Below are positions 1 to 11,844 of a stretch of 37,708 nucleotides of DNA, one piece after another. The DNA comes from Octopus sinensis (lineage: Eukaryota). Every line of letters starts with the position of its first letter. Position 1 is the stretch's first letter. Made by a program: the position numbers and the translations under genes. The notes under the pieces are model-generated. The model ran no database searches and was not told the origin of the DNA. It saw only the letters and a program-made list of their open reading frames with translations. The DNA lies in assembly GCF_006345805.1 (NCBI RefSeq), contig NW_021835908.1, forward strand, positions 1 to 37,708, in the 5' to 3' direction.

Positions 1-153
1 ATTTATCATGAATCTCAGAACGTAAAAAGCTCCAGTAACAGCCCCCCCTTTGTGGTTAGCCATATTCAGATGGCTATTATACTTTACATCTCTAAAAATT
101 CTTATATAGTTATTACCCTTACAAACCCGAGCAACGCCGGGCGATACTGCTAG
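1..153 (+). mobile_element. Helitron-like 3' terminus (5' part outside the window)
   Basis: GC-rich hairpin CCCG(A)GC-AAC-GCCGGG at 126-141, then CTAG at 150-153 followed by T. This is the canonical Helitron 3' end geometry. Confidence 0.6.
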
Positions 154-904
154 TTATTTATACAGACAGTAGGTAGGTAGGTAAGTAGGTGAACCTACCG
201 ATATAGCAAACGTTATGAAAAGAGATATATCAATAGATATACAAATAGATAGATCACTGAACTGAAGTGAAATAAAAAGGAATGAAAATAATCTCAATTG
301 GTCAATGACTTGGACTGAGCCCTGGGTGATAGTTGGACAGCGGAAAGTGTAATTTATTTGCATATCTTTATTTTCTAACGTTCTCTCACTTAACGCATGC
401 GCTTTAGGGCAATTAATTATCATCTGTCTAATCGACACTTTTGTTTGTAAAATAAGGACAACGAAAGACGACATTAGCTAAAAAGAGAAATAACGAAACA
501 GATTATTTTTCAAAAAGAAAAATAATTAAAAAATAGACATGTACTATATATGGCGTCATTAAAGTTAGATAAATAAAAATGATTTTTTATATAGCTAATG
601 ATTTTCCGTTTTTTTCTTTTTTTTAGTTATTATCTAGGTTTAAAATGGTGCACACTGGGAATTTTTAGTTGAAATCTTTTTTAGTCCGTGAAGAAGATGG
701 GATCTTTTTTGCCGCACACTTTTGACTTTAGATTTGATCGATCGGGATAGATTGGGACTAAGCGACAACGACGAAAATTACGACTTTGGGATTTGATTTC
801 AGAAAATGTAAAGAGCTGGTACAAATACCATGAGGTATTTTCTACTAGGCTTTAGCGATTCTTCCAGCTCGTTGCTTGTTTTAGAAATAGCAATTTCTGA
901 TTTC

Positions 905-1075
905 TGAGGTCACAATCAAGGGTTTGAAGTAAGTCGATACTATTGAGACCCCGTTCTTTACCCGTACTTTATTTTGTAGGCCTTGAGGGGATGAAAGGCA
1001 AAGTTGACCTCGGTAGAATTTGAACTCAGAATGTAAAGCGTTGGATTAAATTCTACTGAGCATTTATTCGGACGT
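905..1075 (-). mobile_element. SINE-C, old degenerate copy
   Basis: Contains GATGAAAGGCAAAGTTGACCTCGG..AATTTGAACTCAGAA, shared with the better copies at 4222-4454 and 16268-16500. Confidence 0.7.
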
Positions 1076-1397
1076 TAATCCCGTCTAATCTCGAAAGATG
1101 ATAATTCTTTCTGATTTTGGGAACAAGGTTATCAATGGCAGTCGATGTAAAACTGACGGGTTTCTGATTTGTTGGCTATCTTGAAATCCCGCAGAATTTC
1201 GGTGGTTGTTGTACAGTGAGGTCTGATGCCTTGATTTGTCAGTAATAAAATGAATTAAAGGAAGTACTGAATTAATTCAAATGTTACCAGAATAGGATGA
1301 GAAATAGTTAAGCAGCCACTGAAGTTAAAGAACTGGGAAAGCGGTAGATACATCAAATACGTTTAGAAGGACGGGGCAACGAAAATATTGAGCTATT

Positions 1398-1482
1398 GTG
1401 TATGTATGTATGTATGTATGTATGTATGTATGTATGTATGTATGTATGTATGTATATATGTATGTATGTATGTGTGTGTATA

Positions 1483-1526
<44 letters not shown>

Positions 1527-1530
1527 TGCC
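1398..1530. repeat. (GTAT)n plus (GT)n microsatellite
   Basis: Seen directly. Confidence 0.95.
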
Positions 1531-1544
1531 TTTGTATTTAGTTT

Positions 1545-1742
1545 GTCTCTCCACTCATCACATTACAACTGACATTGGTTTGTTGACGCCCTCGTAGTTT
1601 AGCGGCTTGGTAAAAAAAGCCGAGAGAAAAGTTACCAGATTTACAAAAAAGGGAAGCACCAGGATACACTCGTTTGACGAAACCCCTCAAAGCGGCGTCC
1701 CAGTACGGCCGCAACCTCATGACTGAAGCAAGAAGGGAAAAG
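1545..1742 (+). mobile_element. SINE-A 3' half, old copy
   Basis: Degenerate match to the 3' half of 33631-34193 (TAGCGG..GGCGG..CCAG..GGCCGCA..TGACTGAA). Confidence 0.6.
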
Positions 1743-1835
1743 ACATCTGTCTATCTGTCTGTCTGTCTGTCTGTCTATCTATGTGTGCATATATATTTAT
1801 ATGTATATATATATATGTATGCATGTATATATATA

Positions 1836-2040
1836 TACAATGTGACCACGTGTGTACCGTTGGCCATTTTTTCCCCTCTGTCTTCCCTCTCTGGATCTTT
1901 CCTTCTCCTATGTTTCCGACGAAGAGCTCCGCTCGAAACGTTAAACCCTCCTTCTTTCCTGAGCGTCCAATAATACTATATTTGTTCCACGTCCTCGCGT
2001 TGTGGTGTTTTTTTGTGCTTTCATGTTTGGATTAACTATA
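1836..2040 (+). mobile_element. Penelope-like terminal module with degenerate hammerhead motif
   Basis: Pyrimidine tract, then CCGACGA-A-GAGCTCCGCTC-GAAAC-GTT, then CCTGAGCGT..AATAATAC. Homologous to 37113-37285 and 26118-26294, and flanked by (TA)n. The Penelope call rests on the known Penelope-hammerhead association. Confidence 0.55.
1912..1946 (+). ncRNA. minimal type I hammerhead ribozyme-like motif (U4>C, probably inactive)
   Basis: Stem I GTTT/AAAC, core CCGACGA, stem II GAGC-TCC-GCTC, GAAAC, triplet GTT. Confidence 0.5.
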
Positions 2041-2076
2041 TGTATCATATATATATAGATATATGTGTGTGTGCAC

Positions 2077-2169
<93 letters not shown>

Positions 2170-2170
2170 C

Positions 2171-2237
<67 letters not shown>

Positions 2238-2238
2238 C

Positions 2239-2301
<63 letters not shown>

Positions 2302-2302
2302 C

Positions 2303-2337
<35 letters not shown>

Positions 2338-2338
2338 C

Positions 2339-2398
<60 letters not shown>
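2077..2398. repeat. (ATCT)n, about 80 units with sparse ACCT interruptions
   Basis: Seen directly. Confidence 0.97.
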
Positions 2399-2443
2399 AG
2401 ACATATGTACACACTCACACATACACACATACACACAACGCAC

Positions 2444-2477
<34 letters not shown>

Positions 2478-3012
2478 AACTATAAAGAGCGAAATTGATC
2501 GAGGTTTGGCCGCTATTTCTAGCGTGTCGATCAGTTTCACAAATTACTTCTATGGATCTGGCGCCTGTCACCGAAATATTTCTTATCCTTATCTCTTAAC
2601 GATATTGAAAACAAAAAACAAAAAACAAAAAACAAAAAACCCAAAACCTAACAAAGTAAAAGAAAAACAAAAAAAAGCTTAAACGGAACAGACAAAACAA
2701 ACAAGCTGTATTATAAGCAGCGAAACAGATATATTGATACTCAACAGATGAAGCGTTGTTCCCTGTCACACAAAGCACTATTTTGGTAGTCAATTTTTCG
2801 AGAGAGAACCATTGTATGATTTGCATAAATTTATCCGTTTAAATACAATGTTTAAATTCTTTCTAACGGAGAAACAGGGTTCAGTTTATTTCGAAAAATG
2901 CTAATTGCTTTTCAAGAACCCCACAATAAAGAAATAATACACAGGCATTCCATCACTATTATCTAAGTTGATGATGAAGATGATGACGATGATAGTATAT
3001 ATTATATATATA

Positions 3013-3049
<37 letters not shown>

Positions 3050-3068
3050 GTGTGTGTGTGTGCAAATA

Positions 3069-3378
3069 TTTTTTTATGCGCCCTTTTCAAGCCTAGCCAG
3101 GTTCATGGGCCCGTTTCCCGGTTTCTATGGTGTATGTGTTCCCTCCAGCTGGACGGGATACCAGTCCATCGCAGCGTTAAATCAAGAAACAGAAGAGAGA
3201 GTGAGAGAAAGTTGGGGGGGAAAGAGTACAACAGGGTCCGCCACCACCACCTGCCGGAGCCTCCCTCGGGAGCTTTAGGTGTTCTCTCAATAACACACCA
3301 ACGCGCGTCTGGGAATCGAAACCTCGATCCTCCGACCGCGAGTCCGCTGCTCTAACTACTGGGCCTTGCCACTGGGCC
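3069..3378 (-). mobile_element. SINE-B (tRNA head + body X + GCTGCGATGGACTGG module + tail T1)
   Basis: The reverse complement has A/B-box-like GGCCCAGTAGTTAGAGC and GGTTTCGATTCCC. Body matches 19597-19981 and tail matches 10344-10600. Confidence 0.85.
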
Positions 3379-3384
3379 CCTATG

Positions 3385-3404
3385 TAAATATAATATATAT
3401 ATAT

Positions 3405-3503
<99 letters not shown>

Positions 3504-3505
3504 TT

Positions 3506-3550
<45 letters not shown>
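3385..3550. repeat. (TA)n microsatellite
   Basis: Seen directly. Confidence 0.95.
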
Positions 3551-3560
<10 letters not shown>

Positions 3561-3827
3561 CATACACACACAGAGACACACACGCATATATAAATGCAAA
3601 TAACTAGAAAATTAAGAAAACCACAGATTAATCAACACATCGATTGGACCCTATTTATTGCTTATTTCTTAATACAAAGCATGACATAATAAAATAGGTG
3701 ACGTAATATGTCTTACGGCCGTTTCTGATCGGATTGCCAAAATGCAGTCTATATATAAATGCGAGAATAAAATTCTTCATTTTCATAGGGTATTCGAATT
3801 AAGGCAACGGATCTTCATCAGAGGGAC

Positions 3828-4028
3828 AAACAAAGCCTGAAATTTGGGGTGAGGGAGCCAGTCGATTATATCAACGTGAGTACGCAACTGGTAATTAATT
3901 TATGATGAAAAGCAAAGATGAAAAGCAAAGTCGACCTCGCTGGAATCTGAACTCAGAATGTAGCGTCGGGCGATATACTGCTAAGAATGTTGTCCAGGGT
4001 GCTAACGATTCTGCCAGCTTGCCGCCTT
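3828..4028 (-). mobile_element. SINE-C2 (C head and body, alternative tail)
   Basis: Same head and body as 4222-4454, but the tail reads ACAAAGCCTGAAATTTGGGG on the plus strand. Confidence 0.8.
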
Positions 4029-4037
4029 TATAATACC

Positions 4038-4221
4038 TATTTCTTTATTGCCCACAAGGGGCTAAACCTAGAGGGGACAAACAAGGACAGACAAACGGAT
4101 TTAGTCGATTATATCCATCCCAGTGCGTAACTGGTACTTATTTAATCGACTCCGAAAGGATGAAAGGCAAAGTCGACCTCAGCGGAATTTGAACTCAGAA
4201 CGTAACGGCAGACGAAATACC
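4038..4221 (-). mobile_element. SINE-C1, 5'-truncated at GGTATTTCG
   Basis: Near-identical to 4222-4454 up to CAGACGAAATACC. Confidence 0.9.
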
Positions 4222-4454
4222 TATTTCTTTACTAACAACAAAGGGCTAAACACAGAGAGGACAAATAAGGACAGACAAACGGATTTAGTCGATTATATCG
4301 ACCTCAGTGCGTAACTGGTACTTATTTAATCGACCCCGAAAGAATGAAAGACAAAGTCGACCTCGGCGGAATTTGAACTCAGAACGTAGCGGCAGACGAA
4401 ATAATGCTAAGCATTTCTCCCGGCGTGCAAACGATTCTGCTAGCTCGCCGTCTT
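4222..4454 (-). mobile_element. SINE-C1, full length
   Basis: The reverse complement has a head with B-box-like GTTCTGAGTTCAAATTCC, a central GGTCGACTTTG(T/C)CTTTCATTCTTTCGGGGTCGAT domain, and tail ...AAAGAAATA. Confidence 0.9.
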
Positions 4455-4942
4455 AACGACGACAACAACAATTGTATGACAGTGTATTTCTTTACAAAGA
4501 ATGGAAAAAAACCATATGGAATATATAAATGTAAAAAAGATGAGTAGCATGTCTAGTTTCATGTAGTTTGCAAGAAACACGTAAAGTATAATTCCAAAAT
4601 CCAGAAGAATTATCTCCCAATGGGATTAGCTAGAATTACCCCCTTCAAAAAACCCACCAAAAACAAGAAGGAAAAAGGAAAAAAAAAATGTATGGTGATC
4701 AGTAAATAAAACATCATTGAATCACGAGAAGACAATGGCGAATGTATTCATATCTGTATGGTATTGATTAGCTTGAAATAGCTGTTAGAAACTCCTGGGA
4801 TTCGTTTTACACTTAATGCTCGCCTCCCTTCAAATGAAGCAAAAATAAACATTGATATTGATAGAACTGTCAAGAAATAATATTTACCAATATTATTTTC
4901 TCATACGAAGAGTAAGAGATGAAATAACTTCAAAAATCATAT

Positions 4943-5046
<104 letters not shown>

Positions 5047-5170
5047 TCTATATACATGCGTGTATATGTAAGTATATGTATCTATCCATAAAGTATATAC
5101 GTATTATACGTATATATATTTATGTGCATGCAGTTATATATACGAATTTGTCTGCATATATTTACATGTA

Positions 5171-5207
<37 letters not shown>

Positions 5208-5574
5208 TATATATGTATATATATGTATATATATGTATATATATCTATATACATATATATGTGTATATATATATATGCATACATATTGTGTATATATGTC
5301 TCTATCACTATATCTATATATATATATATTTATATGTGTGTGGTGTATGTTTCTTTCCCTCTCTTCTTTCTTTCTAAATCAAACACATATATGATATATA
5401 TATTATATATATATATTAATGATAATAGAGAGAAGAGAGAAGAGAGAAGAGAGAATTTCTTTCAAATATCTCTTTGGAATGATCATCGTAATAACTCATA
5501 CACAAAGCTTTATTCTGTGAATGTTTGAAGATAATAAATGTTCAGACAATAATCTCTCTCTCTCTCTCAGTCTA

Positions 5575-5627
<53 letters not shown>

Positions 5628-5645
5628 ATATCTATATATCTATCC

Positions 5646-5740
<95 letters not shown>

Positions 5741-5755
5741 AATCTATCTATCTAG

Positions 5756-5815
<60 letters not shown>
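5575..5815. repeat. (CTGT)n-(CTAT)n compound microsatellite
   Basis: Seen directly. Confidence 0.95.
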
Positions 5816-5924
5816 TTACTTGTTTGTTTTACTATGTAAGCACACACATACATATATAAACATTTGCTTATATAAGCCAACATATATCTCTACATATTTG
5901 TATCTGTTTTATATATATAAGCAT

Positions 5925-6095
5925 TCTCTCTGCTCTAGGTACAAGGCTTGAATTTTGGGGGAGCGCCCAACTGGTACCTATCGACCCCGAGAGAATGAGA
6001 GACAATATCGCCTTCGACGGAATTTGAACTCAAAACATAAAAACGGACCAAATACTGCTTAGCACAATGCCCAATGTGTTAACGATTCAGCTCGC
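5925..6095 (-). mobile_element. SINE-C2, degenerate with internal deletion
   Basis: GTACAAGGCTTGAATTTTGGGGG..ATCGACCCCGA..GGAATTTGAACTCA. Confidence 0.7.
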
Positions 6096-6116
6096 TCGTA
6101 CGTACCCCACATCCAC

Positions 6117-6927
<811 letters not shown>

Positions 6928-7268
6928 AACGTAGGTGGCCCATTAGCAATTAAAACCTAAATGCAAATTTATAGACAGGGGTACAAAATAGCACTAGCAT
7001 TACTATATATATATATTGTATTCTTATTCGTGTAACATCGTCCGTTTTCCCGTCCTTGTTTTGTATACATTCGAGGCTTTCTTCCAAGCAACCTAATACG
7101 CTTGGCTTAGATTTTCCTTTGGAGCTGGCCAGATCGGAGCAATCTCAAGATTAATCAGCCGAAATTACGAGGATGATCCGGTTCTTGACTGAAGATTGAA
7201 GCCTTCGAATGTCCCGTCCGTGTTTTTTGTATCGTCTTCTAAATGTTTTGCGTTCTTGTCCCAGTTTG

Positions 7269-7308
<40 letters not shown>

Positions 7309-7414
7309 ACTCATTTGTTCAGAGATTAACTTAGCTGCTTTATGTTCGTTACAACTTACGTAGCTGATTTCAGCTTGCTATGAAACAATTGTAGTCTATT
7401 CCTTACACGTTCCG

Positions 7415-7741
7415 CTCATCATCTTTTGGAATTTTATTCGCATTTTTAGCAGTGTTGTTAAACCGTGAGGTGCATGGTGCAAGATAAGGTGAGTATGGTG
7501 GATGATGGTCTGGAGTTGTCTTGCAATGAAATAGGAGTGGATCTGTTGAATAATCTAGGCTGTCTTTTGTAAGTTTCTGCATCATTTGGTCCAGTTGGCT
7601 GCAGTATACTTCGGTCGTGATTGATGAACCAGGTTTAATGAAATCATAATGGATCACACCTGCGCCAGACCACCGAACATACACCATCAGCTTCTTTTGA
7701 AGAACAGCGCTTGACAAGCGAAGTTGGTTTCTTTGCATCGG
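7415..7741 (-). mobile_element. mariner transposase fragment (pseudogene, frameshifted, several internal deletions)
   Basis: LQKKLMVYVRWSGAGVIHYDFIKPGSSITTEVYCSQLDQMMQKL, then QPRLFNRSTPISLQDNSRP in a shifted frame, and HPPYSPYLAP. These are mariner catalytic-domain motifs (DNxRPH, HPPYSPDLAP). Confidence 0.85.
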
Positions 7742-7888
7742 CGTAACTTAGCGGTTCGAAAAAGTGACCGATAGAATAAGTGCCAGCCTTAAAAAAAAAA
7801 AAAGGACCGTGGTCGATTTGTTCCACTAAATTCTTCAAGGTGATATCCCGGTATCGTCGCATTCTAATGACTGAAACGTGAAAGCAAA
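7742..7888 (+). mobile_element. SINE-A 3' fragment
   Basis: CGTAACTTAGCGGTTCG..GACCGATAGAATAAGT..TGACTGAAAC. Confidence 0.75.
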
Positions 7889-8429
7889 AAAAAAATTTAA
7901 ATTTCAGTCTACTTGATATTTTAAAATATACTTCAGTCTAGAGTCAACGGAGATACAGAACGTTATATATATTTTACACACTAAACCGAATACGAATAAT
8001 TTTCGAATTCGGAGTAGTTGAATATCTGGTTATAACACTGGTAACTACGAGAGGTAATACAGAAGTTCAGGTTTTGCAAAACATTTTCTTTCAAGTGTAA
8101 GAGAGCCGGATGTGCGTCAGAAAGACGGATGTGCATCAGAGATGCAATCAACTCACTAAAGGTTTCGAGCGAGCGGAACTGGGATTTGACACTCTACTGA
8201 GCAGCAAGCAGAAATTTCAGTGAAAAAAGGATGAGAAAAAAAAATCTTTTAAAGTCACCTATACCCCCGTGAATTACCGAGCATGCGTATTCGAAGGTGG
8301 CTTCGAAATTGTCTATGCTATAGTATGCGGGATTTAGGATTTCAAATATGGACAAGTTGGTTTCGAGACTGTTGAGTGAAGGTAATTGTAGAGAGAATTA
8401 GAAGGCTCGCCTATTGTCGCATCTTTTAA

Positions 8430-8491
<62 letters not shown>

Positions 8492-8581
8492 ATAAATATT
8501 AGGGATAAATCCAAATTTACAGGGAAAAAATCAGATTTAGGATTAAATCCAATTTTATAGTAAAATATTATAAAATATATA

Positions 8582-8751
8582 AAAATATTATTAGAGACAA
8601 AACCACTATTTTGCAAAACAAACAGGAAAGACTTAATCAATACATAAATTTTTAATAAATAGTCAAAATTTATTTATTAAAATTTTATGTATTGATTAAG
8701 TCTTTCCTTGTTTGTTTTGCAAAATAGTGGTTTTGTCTCTAATAATATTTT
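8582..8751. repeat. near-perfect palindrome, about 80-bp arms and 9-nt loop
   Basis: Arms 8582-8661 and 8671-8751 differ by one indel and one substitution. Confidence 0.9.
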
Positions 8752-9094
8752 ATATATATATATATATATATACATACGTAAAAATATGTAGGGTAGGGAG
8801 TCTTTTAGAAATCTCACTACCAGTGGTCTAGCATGTATATAATAATAATAATCCTTTCTATTATAAGACAAGGCCTGAGATTTGGTGGGGAGGGGGCCAG
8901 TCGATTAAATGTTTATAAATTCCATCCAAGGATTATTGTTATTATTATTAAATTTATTCTACATTATATCGGTACAGCTCGATGCAACTGCGAAAAACTT
9001 GTTCACCAGTCAGCATCATTAGACTGTGGCCAGCATAATAGAATAGGAGCTTTATTGGTATATCCAAAACGTTTCCCATAAACAAATATATATA

Positions 9095-9343
9095 TGTAAA
9101 GTATAAAAGCCATCTCAATATGGCTAACTACAAAGTGGGGGTGTTACTGTAGCTTTTTAGCCCCAGGAGATCATCGTCTCCAGCTGGCTTTAGACACACT
9201 TTCTGTGCCCTTGAAGTGTTTGCAAAGGGAGGCCATCCCTTCCTCCTAAAGCCAGCTAGAGACGATGATCTCATGGGGCTAAAAAGCTACAGTAACATCC
9301 CCCTTTGTGGTTAGCCATATTGAGATGGCTTTTATACTTTACA
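9095..9343. mobile_element. fold-back/MITE-like element, about 98-bp inverted arms
   Basis: Arms 9095-9193 and 9246-9343 with a 52-nt spacer. The arm sequence recurs at 23-88. Confidence 0.75.
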
Positions 9344-9384
9344 CGTCGAGCGGTTACTGTTTACATCTTGCTCTGAGATTTAAA

Positions 9385-9903
9385 AATATATATTATGATA
9401 TATATATATATATGATATATATATATATACTATTGATATATATATAATATATGAATATATTATGATATATAATAATATATGATATATATATATATGTGAT
9501 ATAATATATATGTATATATATATATATATGATAATATATATTAGATATATATATGATATATATATAGATATAGATATATATATTTATAGATATGAGATAT
9601 AGATAATGATATATTATATATATGTCTAATATATATATATTTGGATATATATATGATATATATATATATATGAATATATATATATATGATATATATATAT
9701 ATATGATAATATATATATATATGATTATATATATATATATGATATATATTATATTATATAGATATTAATATATATATATATATAGATATGATATATATAT
9801 TTTGAATATAGTATATATATGATATATATATATAATATATCTAATATTATATATGATATATATATATAGTGATATATATATATATATGATATATATATAT
9901 ATA

Positions 9904-9940
<37 letters not shown>

Positions 9941-10278
9941 ATATATATATATGATATATATATATATATGATATATATATATTGTATATATATTATGATA
10001 TATATATATATGATATATATATATATATGATATATATATATATATGATATATATATATATATGATAGATATATATATATGATATATATTATATATGATTA
10101 TATATATATATATGATATATATATATGATATATATTATATATATGATATTATATATATATGATATATATATATATATGATATATATATATATATGATATA
10201 TATTATATATGATATATATATAATATGATATATATATATATATGATATAATATGATATATATATATATATATATATAT
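9385..10278. repeat. about 890-bp GATATATAT..-type AT satellite
   Basis: (TA)n runs punctuated by TGA; more degenerate on the left. Confidence 0.95.
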
Positions 10279-10343
10279 GTAAATCAAGCATGAAAAGGTG
10301 CTGTGATGCTACCTGCTATTTATCAAAGCTATATGCAAAGAGA

Positions 10344-10600
10344 GTGGAGGCGCGTGGCTTAGTGGTCAGGGTGTCAGCATCATGATCGTAAGATTGTGGT
10401 TTCGATTCCTGGACCGGGCGATGCGTTGTGTCCTTGAGCAAGACACTTCATTTCACGTTGCTCCAGTCCACTCAGCTGGCAAAAATGAGTAACGCTGCGA
10501 TGGACTGGCGTCCCATCCAGCTGGGGAAGGGGAACACATACGCCATTGAAACCAGGAAACCGGGCCCATGAGCCTGGCTAGGCTTTAAAAGGGCGCATTT
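10344..10600 (+). mobile_element. SINE-B (head + body Y + GCTGCGATGGACTGG module + tail T1), full length
   Basis: GTGGAGGCGCGTGGCTTAGTGG..GGTTTCGATTCC. Probable TSD ATATGCAAAGAGA (10331-10343) / ATATATAAAGAGA (10611-10623). Confidence 0.88.
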
Positions 10601-11844
10601 ATTTTATTTTATATATAAAGAGAACAGGGGCTAAAGGATCTTTTAATCTTCCTGTTAAACGCCGGTGGAAGTTGGTATGATGTTTTCAGCAGTGGGGAGT
10701 ATGCTTTGTGACTCTCCAAAGAAATCAACCAACGTGTCGATGGACGGGGCACTAATAAAAGCAGAGGTGGTCTCGACGTATAAATTTGGAGATATTTATC
10801 AGTGATATACACAAAATCGAATTATAACGTACCACTTTATTATGATACTTCATCATATTGCATTAATTTCATAAAAAAGTTGCCTGTTTATATGTTTAAG
10901 TGTGAAATAAAGTTTTACAAGAAGTTGATACAAAATGTCTATCGATTTTCGAAGATAAAATCTATACTCTTCATTTCATGGCTAATAGTATTTTTTAATT
11001 TATGACGTTATATTTAATTATGCTTTTATTTTTTCCCATAATTTTCAGAACGGTGGCCATTTGCAGCGAATGAATTAAATATTCTTTTTGAGTGTTAAGA
11101 TAAATAATACGACATTTGAAGGACAAATACTTAAAAATAAGCGTTTAACAGAATTTCGTCAAGTTTTCGGTTCCTCTGGAGATTTGAACATCTTTGGTAC
11201 AAACCACAGAAGAAAACTGGTATCATGAAAGCACAAGAAAATCATAGTTGATCCTCGCAAGAACATTGGAGATATTTCCCTAGAAATATATTTCTATAGA
11301 AATATCTTGGGTATAAACTGAAATCATTTACTGATATATGGCACAGCATTTAAATGGACAATTTTAAGACTGAAACAGATTGACTTCTCGTGAACTGAAT
11401 GATAATAGCAAGAACATTTCTTATGGGGGATTTTTGCATTTGCTTGCTTTTACGATATGAATAAAAGAACATTTCTGAACTGGATTCTAACGTGAATGAA
11501 AAAGGCCAGTTTGACAAAGATAACGCCGTCGATAAATACATCTGTAGAAGTACCAAATCCAAGGCTTTACCCAGCAAAAGAAGGTTATTGTGAATAGATG
11601 CAAGATAATAGAAAAACTGTTTAATATGAATTTTCATGGCGATAAGAAATAAATTAGGTCTTGCAGTATGTATAGTATTTTTCGTAATTGAATATTATAT
11701 GATAAAGAAAATATATCTGGCCGGCAAAAGGAATAAAGCAATCATTTTCTACTTGACAAAGCTAACCTATACGAAACACAAGCTGGTCATTTTTTCTCTA
11801 GAGAGTTATAAGTCCGGCCTTTTGAGTCTGGTTAAGGTTTAGTC

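Noticed and set aside
2013-2498. ORFs of YLSI, YI, VC, HT, I/M/N repeats (also 5521-5859, 18000-18569, 20270-20666, 23694-23963, 26924-27626, 33750-34174)
   Set aside because: Stop-free translations of microsatellites; no coding signal.
3795-3822. Minus-strand CTGATGAAG..CGAATA as a hammerhead
   Set aside because: Stem II and cleavage triplet are not recoverable from this single copy.
7188-7220. CTGAAGA..GAATGTC as a hammerhead
   Set aside because: No stem I pairing and GAAA is incomplete. It is part of a local inverted repeat with 7067-7083.
10690-10805. MDGALIKAEVVSTYKFGDIY as LINE RT domain 7
   Set aside because: Too short, and lacks the YLG motif.
11049-11230. Acceptor-like site and 57-codon open frame
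   Set aside because: In-frame stop right after the acceptor and no recognisable homology.
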